DNA from: Chiloscyllium plagiosum
Taxonomy: Eukaryota
Assembly (NCBI RefSeq): GCF_004010195.1
Contig: NC_057759.1
Coordinates: 4,928,657 to 4,992,656 of the forward strand
DNA length: 64,000 nt
Direction of reading: 5' to 3'
Part shown: one piece after another, positions 50,280 through 63,664 of the stretch
Layout of the letters: the number at the start of each line of letters is the position of its first letter
Numbering within the stretch: the first letter of the stretch is position 1
Notes under the pieces: model-generated
The model's input: the letters and a program-made list of their open reading frames with translations, nothing else
Told to the model about the DNA's origin: nothing
The model's database searches: none
Position numbers and translations under genes: made by a program

Positions 50280-51520
50280 CTTTTGTTTTTGCTTTCTTCT
50301 ATCTGTCTCTACCTTACACTCACACACTTTATCACTCTCTCTCTCTCACTCTCTAATCACGCTTCCACTGTCTCTGTCTCTGTCTAAACACCCTATCGCT
50401 GTCACTTTCTGTCATCTTTTGCTTTCTGTCCCTGCTTCTTTTTTCCTCCACACTGTCACTCTTTGTAATGCATCTCTCTCTCTCATACACAAACAGACCC
50501 TTGCTGTTTCATATGCACACACCCTCTCATTCACACAACACCTCTCTTAAACACACAGACTTCTCCCTCACTCATACAAATCTCTCTCACACGCACCCAC
50601 GCAATCTACTTTCTCTCACACACGGACACAGACTCTCTCTCTCTCTCTCTCTCTCTGACTCACATCCACCCACACCAACTTCTCTCTTGTACATGCACAA
50701 ACTCTTGTTTCTCACACACAAAGACTTCTCTGTCTCTCATGCACACGGACACAAACGACGCTCTCACACACAGGCACAGACCTCTTTCTCACAAACATAT
50801 ACAGGTTACTGTCTCCCACACAGACTCCTCTCTCTTTCACAAGTGGAAAAATACACGCATAAGTGCAGAGCCATGCTCTTTTGCGTACACAGACTCTCAC
50901 AAATACAGAGACACCTCCCTGTTTCATACACACAGACACCTTTCTTAGACAGAGATACTTCCCTGACTCACTCACAAACACATGTATCCATGTATGCTCA
51001 TGCTCTTTCACATACACACCCCTCTCTTTGGGGCGGTACAGTGGTTAGCACTGCAACATCAAATGCCAGAGACTCGGATTCGATTTCAGTGTGGATATTG
51101 TACATGAACTTCGTGTATGCATAGATTTCCTCCAGGTGCTTCGGTTTCCTCACGCAGTCCAAAGATGTGCAGGTTAGATGAATTGGCCTTACTAAATTGT
51201 TGATAGTGTTCAGAGATATGTAGGTTGGTGCAATAGTCAGGGAGAAATGTAGGGGACTGGGTCTGAGTGGATAACTTTTCGGAGGGCCAGTGTGAACCTT
51301 TTAGGCCAATGGGCCTGTTACTACACTATAGGTAGTCAATGATTCTTACTCACGCAGACACCTCTCTCTCGCATACACACAGATACCTCTCTCACACACA
51401 TAGTTCTTTCTCTGTCTCACTCTCTCACGCATGCACACATGCACTATCTCTCACAGACAGTCTCATTAACTTTCTTACTCTCATGCACACACACTTTTTC
51501 TCATACATGCACACACATGA
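50280..51520. repeat. CT/CA-rich low-complexity region (similar tract at ~46045-46320)
   Basis: Mosaic of (CT)n and (CA)n; accounts for the His/Ser/Thr/Leu-rich spurious ORFs. Confidence 0.85.
51030..51340 (+). mobile_element. Older HE1-like SINE
   Basis: gggcggtacagtggttagcactgc head plus V-domain. Confidence 0.75.
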
Positions 51521-51934
51521 CGTTATTGTGCATCACCACTGAACAACTGAAACCCTGGCAAATCATGCTAAGGTGTCGAATCAGCAGTACGGCATTCAAC
51601 CCATCGAGTCTACGCTGCCATCTGAAGAGATTCTGGCTATTCTAATCATCTTCAACTCCACTTTACCCTGTTACCCTCGTTCTCCTTTCTGATTAAAAAC
51701 CTTTACATCTCAATCCTGAATCTAGTTCCCATTCCTGTTTCTTTTGTCTGATGGGAAAGACACCTTCTGACTTTGTATTTAACATTTCAGGACGCAGGAC
51801 ACATCACTTGGATATATTTTAAGGCATGACTTCTATATGGAACAATTTTCAAGGATAGAACTACTGAATTGTTTTATCTTTGTTGACGTAAGACCCATGA
51901 AACTTATCGATTGTGTCTAATTGTATAATTTCAG

Positions 51935-51964
51935 GGCAAGTAATGATGCTACAAATACGAGAAG
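51935..51964 (+). pseudogene. 30-nt leader mini-exon (S2) of gene B
   Basis: ttgtataatttcAG|GG CAA GTA ATG ATG CTA CAA ATA CGA GAA G|GTATGT; same length and phase as the gene A S2. Confidence 0.7.
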
Positions 51965-52179
51965 GTATGTTGAGACTCTCTGCCTTCCTTTTATGATTTC
52001 TTGACGAACTCCACAGTGTCAGTGTTTAACTATTGGAAAACAAAGTGTTGTGGATGCAAGAGATCTGAAACTAACACAAAATGCTGGATTAACTCAACAA
52101 ATATGGCAGCATCTGTAGAGTGAGAGGGATAGAGAAAATCAGATTTAACATTTTGAGTCCACTACACTCCTGATTTAGA

Positions 52180-53400
52180 TTCATTAAGATGCAAAACACA
52201 GAAGCACACCCTTCAGGCCAACTCATCCATGCTGACCAGATATCCGAAATTAATCTAGTCCCATTTTGCAGCATTTGGCCCATATTCAAAATGCATAATT
52301 CAGGTGCCTTTTAAACTTTTTTTTAACCAGCCTCCATCACTTCTCTGAGTTCATTCCAAACCCGCACCACCCTGTGCATGAAAAAGAGTTGTGCCTTAGA
52401 TTCCTTTTAAGTAATCCCCCTCGCATTTTAATCCTATGCCCTTCCTAGATTTGGAGTCCCGTACCTTGGGGATAACACCTTAGCTATTCACTGTATCTTT
52501 GCCCCTAATAATTTTATAAACGTCTGTCGCATCACACTCAGTTTCCAACACTCCAGGGAAAATAGTCCCAACTTTTCCAATCTCTTGCAACAACTCACAT
52601 CCTTCAATGCTGACAACATCGTTGTTAATCTTTTTCTGAACCCTTGCTCGTTTCTCAACATCTTTCTGATAGCAGCATTCCAAAAGTGGGTGAACCAGTG
52701 TCCTGTATAGCACAGTGACCTACATGGCCTCCCAACTCCTATAGCCAATGCACTGACCATTAAGGCAAGCATGCCAATACCTTCTTAACCTCGTTCCTCA
52801 CCTGTGATGAACTGTGAACCTGCATGCCAAGGATTCTTTGCTTGTCAATACTCCCAGAATCCTACTATCAAGTGTATAAGTCCTGCCTTAATTTACTTTA
52901 CTAAAAAGCCACATATCTCCTTTATCTAAATTCAACTAAACCTGCCACTCATTGGCTCATCTGATCACAGACCCGTTGTACTGTGAGATAACTTTCTTCA
53001 CGTCCATTTCACTATCAGTTGTGGTGATGAGTGTACATATGCAAATCATGCCTCCTATATTCACATCCAAATCATTTATATATATATAATGAAAAGCAGT
53101 GAACTCAGCACGGATACTTGTAGCACACTGCGGATGACAAGCCATTCAGCTGAAAAGTAACTCTCCACCTTCTGTATCCTATCTTCAAGCTGATTCTGCC
53201 TCCAGTTGCTAACACTCTCTATATTCTATGTGATCTAACCTTGCTCAACAGTCTACCAAGCGGAATTTTGTCAAACACCTTGCTGAGGTCCATATAAACA
53301 ACATCCACCACTTTGCCTTTATCAATCATCTTTTCTCACTTCTTCAAAACTACAATCAGGTTAATGACATATGATTTTCATGCACAAAACCATGCTGCCT
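52180..53400 (-). mobile_element. CR1 LINE fragment
   Basis: Translations IYINDLD and LEKLGLFSLECWKL on the minus strand. Confidence 0.75.
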
Positions 53401-53499
53401 GTCACTTGTATCTTGCAAGGGGAGTCCAGTGATTAATTACTTGTTGCAGGATTCCCAGCCTCTGAGCTGCACTTGTAGCTGTTATATTTCCTTGGCAAG

Positions 53500-54260
53500 T
53501 CCAAAGCAGTTTCTTGACAATGGTCACTCCACGATCTTGATGGCAAGGATATTCATTGATAGTAATATCATTGAATGTCAAGGGCCGTTGTTTAGATTCT
53601 CTCTTGATGGTAGCCTCCAGGATGTTGATATTGGACGATTCAGTGATGTTAACACCATTGAGGGGACGAAGGTGCCATTCTGTTGAAATGTAAACCATCC
53701 AGAAGTTGTTAGTGCAGGTGGGTGTATGGTGGGTGGAGGGGGTGTGGTCTGTAATGGCAGCGCCACTGAATGTTAAGAGGGTGATGATTAGATTGTCTCT
53801 CAATGATAACCCCAGAATGTCGATAGTGGGGAACTTCAAGGGGATGATGGTTAAATTATCTCTCAATCGTAAACCCCAGCATGTTGGTAGTGGGGGATTC
53901 AACATAGTAACACCATTCAACACCAAGTGGCGATGGTTCGATTCTCTCAAAGGTAAGCACCCCCATTCCCCCGCCCCCGCCCCTCCCCACCAAATACTGA
54001 TAATGGGAGCTTTTCAGCGATGGTAATACCATTCAATGTCAAGGCACAATGGTTAGTTTCTCTCTCAATGGTAAAACTTCACATGTGGATAGTGCAGAGA
54101 TTCAATGACGGTATTATCACTGAAAGTGAAGAGGCAATGCTGAGATTCTATCCCAGTGGTAACCCCAGGATATTGATATTGAGGGGATTCAGAGATGGTA
54201 AGATCATTGAATGCCAAGAGATCGATGATTAGATTATTTCTTACTGGAGATGGTTATTGC
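53500..54260. repeat. Degenerate tandem array of a ~70-110 bp LINE-derived unit
   Basis: About 8 recurrences of cc(c)aggatgttgata..ggg..ttca..gatggtaa..ccattgaatgtcaaggg..ggttagattctctc. Confidence 0.75.
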
Positions 54261-54435
54261 CTAGCATCTTAATGGCATGAATATTACTTGCCACTGGTCA
54301 ACCCAAGTCTGAATATCGTGCAGGTCTTGGACATGGACTACTTGATTTGTAATAATGGCAAGCTAACCATCCTACTGCATCAACACTATTTCATTTCTTC
54401 TCCGTGTGCGTGCGCGTCTGTTTTCTATGCATTAG

Positions 54436-54710
54436 GTTCCTCAGTGGAGACTGGAACACCCTTGCTAACGATGGAGCCAATGTGGGAGAGATTCTTAACG
54501 GGAGACCAGATCACTCTTAGCTGCGATGCTGGTCGAAAGCTTCATTCAAAGGATATAACTGGATCGTAAACAACATTACCAAAGAGTTCAGAAGGAAGAC
54601 GTACAACATTGACGCTGCTGAAAAGGATCATGATGGGGACTACAGTTGTCAAACTTCCACATTGACACGCATGACGGCCTACAGTAACAATATTCTCGTG
54701 AGAGTATCCT
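54436..54710 (+). pseudogene. Ig domain 1 exon of gene B, frameshifted
   Basis: Acceptor ttttctatgcattAG, donor GTGAGT; 275 nt, not a multiple of 3. The first frame reads PLLTMEPMWERFLTGDQITLSCDAG. After a shift near 54535-54548 it reads GYNWIVNNITKEFRRKTYNIDAAEKDHDGDYSCQTSTLTRMTAYSNNILVRVS. Confidence 0.85.
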
Positions 54711-56419
54711 GTGAGTCACGTCCTTCTTAGAAAAATCAACGCCTTTCTCTCAAGTTGCATCCATACAGACATTTGAGGGGTTAAAAACAACTCCCAGGGA
54801 TAGACGGATGTGGGAAAAGTGAGAATATTGGCTTTCTCTTGGAATAGCACCAGCGCAGCTGTGATGCACAAATGTTCATTGCTCTTCACTGCTTCGATAG
54901 ATGATGCTCTCCACCCATCTTGTCTGCACTAAACCTCTTCAATCATTTCTTGGGCATCGTTGCCATGTTCGAAACCATGTGCCCTTCGGCTGAGCAGTTG
55001 GCCCACTCAAGAGTTGGTTTAAATGGGATCCAGAAGGGCTAAGACAGGCAGGAATCTGATGACGAGGGGAGCCGATAGATTTAATAGGTATCTCCGAGGT
55101 TCAACATCCAGATCTCATTCCGACTGGATCAGTTACTTAGCAGCTCCCATGGGGGGGCGGGGATTTGAATCCACCCTTGTGGACTATCCGCCTGGTCTGC
55201 TTGTTTGCTAGTCTATGACATAACCTGCACAGATGACCCTTCACTTGCTGGGTGGTATTTCATATATTTCTTCACATATAGGCGACTGAGATGGATGATG
55301 TCATTGAACGACAGAACAATCTCAAGCTTCCAAGTGGCCTGCTCCTGTTCCTTTTTTTCTATGATTCTATCCTCCTCAGCCAACACTTCAGCGTTCTACT
55401 TAACTGGCTCCTTCTTTCCATTTTTGTCTTTTCGATATTATGATTCGTTAACGAGTCTAATTTTGCAATTAAGTGGCCATGAATGCGTTTTGATAATTAG
55501 TTCACACCTGAAAGAATTTTAAGTTTCGAAATTAAACTGCCCTGGTTTGAAGGCTTCACAAATTAAATGAAACCAAAGGAAAACACTGTCAGTGCACTCA
55601 GGGTGAAAAATCTGAACTGAAACTATCTCTTGATAAGAAAAAAGAAGTTCCCGTTTTAAATCAAGCTCTTGGTTATTTCTGAACTTAAGGCAAAACAAAA
55701 CCTGTTGTTTAATATTTGTACAGTGCCTGGTTTGGACTGAAAAGTGTCATTCTCCATTGTAGCCCTAGTGCTGAAGGTTTTCATACCAGTATTCTTTCCT
55801 GTAAACTGCTCCTGAACTCCCCTTTCAATTCTTTTCCTAAAATGTGACGCCCACAACTGTACACAACTGAGCTCTAACAAGTAGGAGAAAGTGCGGATGG
55901 CCTTTTGACTGAAATGATGATTCTCCTGTCCTCAGATGCTACCTTTCCTGCTATGCTTTTCCATGACCACACTCTCGACTGATGTCTAACAAGTGTCTTG
56001 TACATGTTCAACATCGCCTTCCTCTTCTCAGACTCTACAACCCATTAAGAAAGCCAAATGCATCATGTGGTTAATTAACGTGCTCTCCCCCTGTCCTGTC
56101 ACCTTCACTGATCTGTGCACATATCCTCCAACTCCTTCTGCTCTGCACCCTTATGATAATGGTGTCTTTCAATATTCTTCCCACAAACGTGTGTTACCGC
56201 TTTGTAGTGAACTCCTCTGCCCACTCTACCAACTCATCAATGCCCTATCGGATTTCTGCACCATTCTCCTTATAATTCACAATGTTTGTCGGGGGAGGTT
56301 CTACCATTTGAAAACCTGGAAATAACCCCCCTGCATAGAAAGATCCAGATCATTTTTCATATCAAGAAAAGCAATGCGCTCAGTACCCCTACTACAAAAC
56401 TCCCTCTGGTCTTGAAAAG

Positions 56420-57195
56420 AGACTGGGTCGATGGGCTGAGGAGTGGCAGCTGGAGTTTAATTTGGACAAATGCGACGGATTGCATTTTGGTAAAACAGGC
56501 ATATACAATTTAAAAGGGCCTTGGATAGTGTAGTTGAACTGAGAGACCAATGGGTATAGGGGCATAATCCTTTGACATTTTCATCACAGGTATACAGAGT
56601 GGGTAAGAAAGCACTTATAATAATTGCATTCATTTCTTAGACCTTTGAGTATATGAGTTGGGAAGTCATGTTGAGATTGTACATGATGTTGTTGAGGCCT
56701 CTACTGGAGTTCTGTGACCAGTTCTGATTGTTCTAATATAGAAAATATATTATTCAGCTCCAGAGAGCTCAGAAAAGATTTACCAGGATGTTGCCAGGAA
56801 TGAAAGGTTTGAGTTATAAGGAGAGGTTGGATAGCCTGGAGTGTAGGACGTTCAGACCTTGAAGAGATTTGTAAAATCGTGACGTGTACAGATAAGGTGA
56901 ATGGCAGTTATCTTTTTCCCTTCGGTAGGGGATTTCAAGACGAGAAGACATATTTTTAAATGAGAGGAGAGAGAGATTTAAGAAAAATTAGGGGTAATTT
57001 CCATTTTACACAAAGTATAGTTCATGTATAGAAAGAAATTCCAGAGGATGTGGTAGATGTGGATACAATTACAATATTTAAAGGACATTTGAATAAGTAC
57101 TTGAATAAGAAAAATTTAAAGGGATATGACACAAGTGCAGGCAGGTGAGAAAAGTTCAGTTTGGGATTATTGTTGGCACGGACTGATTGGGCTGA
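56420..57195 (+). mobile_element. CR1 LINE 3' fragment
   Basis: Similar to 31870-32670. Confidence 0.75.
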
Positions 57196-58603
57196 AGGCG
57201 AAAATGAGGACTGCAGATGTGAAGATTAGAGTCAAGATTAGAGTGCTGCTGGAAATGCACAGCACTTCAGGCAGTATGCGAGGAGCAGGAAAATCAACTT
57301 TTCAGGCAGGACCCCTTCATCACGAAGGGTCTGAAGAGTGTTTCTGTGCTGTATGCTCAATGACTCTGTCACCACGAGTCTAATGCATACCATTACTCCT
57401 TTGGCAGTTGGAAGGTTAACTTCTATCGTGAATGGAGGCCGTTACGAAATGTTTCTTTCCAAACACTAACTAGGTGCAACAAAGAAAGAATAGCGGGCGT
57501 CAGCATAATCTAATCCCGTACATATCATGCGCTAGCCGGTATCGCGGCAAAGCAGTGACTAATAATTCTTACGTTCTCAGATTCTTGGCCCAATGAGAGA
57601 TGGGATCAGAAAGAGGCCATTCAGAGCGTCGCATCTGCTGTACCGTTCAATGAGATGCTGGCTGATCTGATCATCCACAACTCCACTTTCCCCCATAATC
57701 CTCGATTCTGGATTACTATTAAAATATCAGCCTCCAATACACAGAAAACTCCCGTTCTCCGTAATAAAGAATTCCACAGATTCGCTCCCCTTGTAGAGAA
57801 GAAATTCCTCTTCCTGCCTATCTTCAATGGACGATCCTCCTTATTCTGAGTTGTTGCCCCTCTGGTCCCAGATACTCTCGCACAAGAGAAAATAACCTCT
57901 CTTCCCATTTTCCCACTAAGATTCTCTAAGAATCTTCAATAAGCTTACCTCTGCTTCTTCTCATGTTCTAAGAGGAAAGACCTAATTTACTGAACCTTTC
58001 CCGCATCAGATATTCCCTCCATACCTCGGATCAGCCGACTGAACCTTATCTGGATCGCTTCCAATGCTAGTCTGTCCTTCCTTAGATGTGGACCCCAAAC
58101 CGTTCACTGCATCCTTGCTGTAGCCTTGTATAGTTATAGCAAAATCTCCCGACTTTTATACTCCATTCCATTTGAAACAAAGACCATTTTTTTCCTCTAT
58201 GATCCACTATTCTAGCTTTTTTTGATTCACGGATGAGGAATCCCCAAATTCTCTGTCCCGTATCTTTCAGCTGCTTTCTGCATTTAAATAATATTCAGCT
58301 CCTCTATGCTTCCTGTCATCAGGATACACTACTCCTCACAATTACAGAAGATTAATTTATTTCTCCTATATTTCAAATCGTGGGCTGAAGTAGGGAAAGA
58401 ACTTAGTTTTAAAACATAGTTTTCTAAACATCATTGCAAGCCTTGGTTACATAGCTGCTTGCTGAAGCAGGAGAGACATTTGCATTGGTCGATGAGGTGA
58501 AGTCAGCGAGTATGCATGAGTGGCGATTTGGCCTGCAGCAATTAGCTGATTGGTCTAGAAAGTGCTTACGTGCTGTTACTAAATTGAGTCTTTTTTTTGT
58601 CAG

Positions 58604-58891
58604 CTCCTGATTCGACCATGGGTATTGAGTCTGAGGCAGAACCTCTGTGGTATGGACAGACGCTGAGGTTGTGTTGTCACTGCAAATACCTCACAAAGCA
58701 CGAGTTCATTTACACATTTTGTCAAGAAGGCTGTCTTGAAACTGAGATCCGGACAAGAAATAAATGTGTTACTTTTGTGAAGGAATGGGTTACGTTTGAG
58801 GATAGTGAATGATATCGATGCCAAATGCAGTTTGTTAATTATCCCAATGGTCTCATATACACAGCTGCATACAAAGTTGTGGATGTGCAAG
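58604..58891 (+). pseudogene. Ig domain 2 exon of gene B with premature stop
   Basis: Acceptor ttttttttgtcAG, donor G|GTATGT; 288 nt, phase 1-1. Reads EAEPLWYGQTLRLCCHCKYLTKHEFIYTF...VTFEDSE*YRCQMQF...YKVVDVQ, with TGA at 58810-58812 inside the D-S-x-x-Y-x-C motif. Confidence 0.85.
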
Positions 58892-60569
58892 GTATGTGCC
58901 ACTTTAGAACATAACAGCTAGTAGCAGAAGGAGGCCATTCGTTCCCTCAAGAGCCTGCTCAGCCATTTCATACGACTGTGTTTGATCACATCTCAGACTC
59001 AATTCAACTTTCCTGCCCCATTTCTCTTTAATCCGTCAATGAATAAAATCTATCCGTCTCCTCTTTAAATTGATTCAGTGTCCTGGAGTCCCCACACACT
59101 CTGAGGAGAATAGCGTGAATTCACACAACGCCCACCCACCCCTTAGAGATAAACCATTCCTCTTCATCTGTGTTTTCACTCTGCCCCACACCCTATCCTG
59201 AAACGATAATCTCACATTCTAGATTTCCCCACACGAGGAAACGTCCATCAGGTCACCCAGTCAACCTTCTCTGCCCCAAATCCGAGCTTTTCGAGCCTCC
59301 CTTCATTGTTGCAATGACTCCCATCCTGGGAATCTCGTCTGCACTTTCTCCAGTGTAATCACAAATTTCCTATAGTGCTGCATCTGTGGCACAATCAAAG
59401 TGCCGTTCATCTCTGACATCACTTCCCATTCTTATAACCTATACCTCGACTGATGAAGGCAAGTGTCCTGAATACCTTTAACTGTTAACCTGTTCTGCCA
59501 TCATCAGGGATCTGTGGATGAGCATCCTGAGTTTCTCAGTACTTATAAGGTTCTACGACTTATTGTATTTATATTTGACGTGTTAACCCTCCCCAACTGC
59601 ACTAAAGGTGTCAGACGGAGGAGCAGCAGCAGGTCATTCAGTCCTTCATGTCTGATTTGTTGTTCAATGAGATTACAGCTGATCTGATAATCCACAACGC
59701 CACTTTTCCAAAATAATCCTCGATTTCCCTCCCTAATTAAAAATCTCAGCCCTGAAAATACTTCAAAACCCAGTCACGAAGGCTCTCTATATTAGAGAAT
59801 TCCACAGACTCACTTGCCTCAGAAGAAGAAATTTCTCCTCATCTCCATCTTTAATGACATCCTCGTATTTTGAAACAACGACTGTGATGCAGGTTTGCTC
59901 GCTGAGCTGGGAGGTTCATTTCCAGACGCTTTGTCACCCTCAGTGGGCCTTCAGGCAAACCACTGTTGAAGATTCCTGCTTTCTATTTATACGTTTGGGT
60001 TTCAAATGTCACGATGACAACTATCTGGTACAGAATTTTCCACACAAGGGAAACAACCTTAATCCATATCTCTACTCAAGTCAAGTCCGTCTAAGAATCT
60101 TCAATAAGGTCTCCTCTCATTCTTCTAAACTCCAATGAGGACAGACTCGACCGACTCAACCTCCTCCTCATCCTTTATACCTAGGATCAGCTGTCTGAAC
60201 ATTCTCTGCACTGCCTCCAATTCCCAGTTTATTTCTTCTCAGATACGGAGCCCCAGAACTGTTCACTGCATCCCAGCTGTGATCTGCCTAGTGCATTTTA
60301 CAAATTTAACAAAATCTGCCAATTCTTATATTTCATTCTCTTTGAAATGAAAGGCATTTTGAGCCGCTGAACTTGGAAGCTAGTTTTTTTGTGTGTGTGA
60401 TTCACGGTAACTTTCAGCAGTCTTTCTTCATTTAAGTAATTAGTATTGACGGCAATTTAATTGATGTGGTTATGTGTCATGCATTCGTTAATCACTAAAA
60501 GTAATTCTGATCAAATGAACCATATTGTAAAAACACAACAATCTCTCTGATCTTTGGGGTGGAGGTCAT

Positions 60570-60895
60570 GGCTGAATGGTGTTAATGCTAGACCATTAAA
60601 TTGGAGACCCAGGTGACCCAAGTTCAAATCCTGCCATGGCAAATCGTGGAATTTGAATTCAATAACTATCTCGGATTGAAAGTCTATTGATGATCATTGC
60701 CATGACAGAAAACTTAATCTGGTCACTAATGCCCTTTTGGGAAGAAAATCTGTCGTCTTTACCCAGTATTCCCTATATGTGACTCTGGAACCCACAGCAA
60801 GTGGGTTCCAGCAATTGATTCTTAATTGGCCTGTGGGTAGTTAGTGATAGGCAATAAATTTTGGTCTGGCCAGTGACACCCGCATCCTACAAATG
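60570..60895 (+). mobile_element. Second SINE family (related copies ~23690-24010 minus, ~47290-47570 plus)
   Basis: B-box-like gttcaaatcc, shared core gtgactccaga.ccac and tail ggcaataaat...gccagtgac.cc.catcc. Family name not assigned. Confidence 0.6.
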
Positions 60896-62049
60896 GATAG
60901 TTTAAAAAAGAGTTAATGTCTTCGACAGAAGGAAATTTGTACCCATTCTTTCTTTCCATGTGATTCCTGGCCCATCGTGTGGTGGTTGGTTCTCAAAGTC
61001 GTAATGTAACCTTTGGGCTGAATGGTTAATTATTGCTCCATGTTTTTTTAACTTAATGGCTGCCTTCTCCACTTTGCCAGACTGATACCTGAGTTGGCCG
61101 GACTGACGAATGAGGAGAGGTGGAATCAGTTAGGATATTATTCATTGGAATTCAGAAGAATCAGGGTGGGGATGTCTCATAAAAACCTGTATAGTTATAA
61201 TAGGGAACAAGCAAGAAGGATGTTCCTGAGTTGGAGGTGGTGGACAGGATGGGGGGATCCCAGAACAAAGGGGTTAAGGTCTAAAGGAGACAGTAGAGCT
61301 GAGATGGAGAGACATGCCTTCACCCAGAGAGTGGGGAGCATGTGGAATTCTCGAATACAGAAAGCAGTCACGGCCAGAACACTGAATGTTTTTCAAGAAG
61401 GAGTTGTATAGAGTTATTAGGGGCTAAAGGAAATGAATGGGGAATTGGTGACTGAGTTTGACACTTCCACTTAATGGATGAAGCAGGCTGGAAGGAACAA
61501 GTGGCCTACTGCTGCTTCTAATTGCTCTACCTTTCACCCCCTTTGTTCAAGGGTAATTAGGGAAATGATCAGAAAATGTAATGATCCTTTAATTAAGACA
61601 CTGTATGTTCCCTTGCATCAGGAGTCTAACAGTCATGTGACTTATGCATTGTTAATGCACCTTGAAAGGATGAGAGACCAAGATGTGTTTTTTGGAGGGG
61701 AGGAAGACAATGGCTCTTCCATCTATCAGGACCTTCGGAGAAACTGATCACAGAGTCCCGCAGACCCTATTGACGAAGAATGAAAGTTCCCTCTGCTATC
61801 ACGCTGGGCTTTTCTTTATTTGTCATCTTCAATTAAAGAAAAGAACGGACCAAATCAATGTGTGAACGCCACATCAAAGAAATCTCACTTGTTTTTCCCT
61901 CACTCTAGAACACGATTGCATGTATCTCTAGCCCTTGGTAGCTATAGGTGATGGAAAATTTTTAGTCTGAAGCTATGATTTAACATCTTCACCTGACTCT
62001 AAGTCCTCAATTCTGGGACCCACGAAGCAACGGACTGCTGTCTAGTATA

Positions 62050-62785
62050 GAGTCATGCAGCACAGAAACAAACTCTTCTGACCAACCTTTCCATGCTAAC
62101 CAAGTTTTCCAATCTGAACTAGACCCACTGCCCTGTGCTTGGCCCAAGTCCATCCAAACATTTCTTATTCATCAACTTATCCAAATATCTTTTAAACATT
62201 GTAACTGGACCACATTCAAAACTTCCTCTGGACGTTCATTCCACACAAGAAATGCTTTGTGTAAAGAAAACGTTGCCCTCATTTGTTTATTAGAATCATT
62301 TTAGACCCACCTTTAACGTATGCCCCTAGTCTTGAAATCCCCCAGCCTAGGAAAAATCTGCATGCGTTATGATTTTATAAATCTTGATAGGGTCACCTCT
62401 CAATCTTTCACAGTCCAATGCAACTCGTCCCAGTCTGTATTTATAACTCGAAACCTCTACTCCCAGTAACACTCCTGGAAATAGTTTTTGCATCTTTTCC
62501 AATTTAATGATATCCTTCCTATAACATGGAGACCAGAACTACACATAATAATCCAGAAAGGGATCTCATCTCGTAGTGGAGCCACTATTTAAGAAGAGTA
62601 ATAACGAAAAGGCAGAGAAATATAGACTCGTGAGCCTGACATCAGTGGTAGGCAATTTGTTGGAGCGAATCCTAAGAGGTAGGATTTATATATATTTGGT
62701 CAGACGAGGACCGATTAGATATAGTCAATATGGCTTTGTGAGTGGGAAATCGTGTCTCACAAACTTAATTGTTTGTTTTGTCACG
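62050..62785. mobile_element. CR1 LINE fragments in opposite orientations (minus ~62050-62570, plus ~62575-62785)
   Basis: Minus-strand tail, then plus-strand PLFKK...YRLVSLTSVVG...GFVSGKSCLTNL. Confidence 0.75.
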
Positions 62786-63664
62786 TGATCTGCCCTAGCC
62801 TCTGTGCGTCGGGGGGGTTTCAGTATCAGAGAATCTTTTAAGCTACTGTGAGGCCATTGTTGAACATTTTCAAACTGTATTGTTGTCGCTACTCTGTCCT
62901 GGTTTGCCCTATTTATACACTCAATACTCAATCGGTGCTGTCATCAGATAACTGCAGTGAACAAACCGAAAATGTCTGAATGGCTCATTTGGTTCTGAGA
63001 GTCTATGAGGATGGGACAGGGCAAATAAAGCAAAAGCTGGTTTCATTCATGTATTGCTGACTTGGAAAAATGCGAATTTTTGTTGCAGAGGTAGGAAATG
63101 GAAGGTGATTAAATGCAAATTCCATAATCTGCCTAAAGAAAATGCCTGAGACTTCGGAAGATTTCAGAATATCTGTTTTCGCTAGGTTTGCCCCAAGATC
63201 AAGTGTTAATGCAATACCAGCCTGACCTGCTGTGATTACAAATTGTGTGTTGACTACAAATAAAAGCAAACATGATCTGGGAGGATTCTTTGGAGCCTTC
63301 ATTGGAGAGGAAGATTCCTGCCAGATGTGTAGTATCCATTAGGGCCTTGGATAGAGCCACGTAAGGGGTCATACCAGTTTTGGAATTGTTTACTGCAAAA
63401 CAAATTTTACCTTGGTCAATTTTAGTTTTCTCAGTGCACACTTACATAAATCTGATGTCTTAACCTCACTACACTATGCGTCCATCCCTGGTAAGGTTTG
63501 GAACACATCATATGTCCTTGTAACTGTTTGGCTGAACATGTAGGTTCATCATATGATGTCTCATTAAAATACTTTCTAATCTATCTCTACTGAGCCAATA
63601 TTTAAAACAGAGGTATTGATCTGACGTTATTTGGAAATCCAAATATTCTTCTGTCTCTACAGGT

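Larger units (their letters stand above)
45999..58891 (+). pseudogene. FcR/FCRL-like Ig receptor pseudogene B (S1, S2, Ig1 and Ig2 exons)
   Basis: Reconstructed splice gives MEIFSALLLFGQVMMLQIREG-SSVETGTPLLTMEPMWERFLTGDQITLSC. Lesions: S1 donor TTAAGT, net 1-nt deletion in Ig1, in-frame TGA in Ig2. Confidence 0.8.

Noticed and set aside
50468..51124. 218-aa His/Ser/Thr/Leu-rich ORF
   Set aside because: Translation of CA/CT low-complexity sequence running into a SINE.
62050..62785. Head-to-head LINE fragments suggesting twin-priming inversion
   Set aside because: The two pieces are several hundred bases apart in the LINE and no TSD is evident; independent insertions are equally likely.
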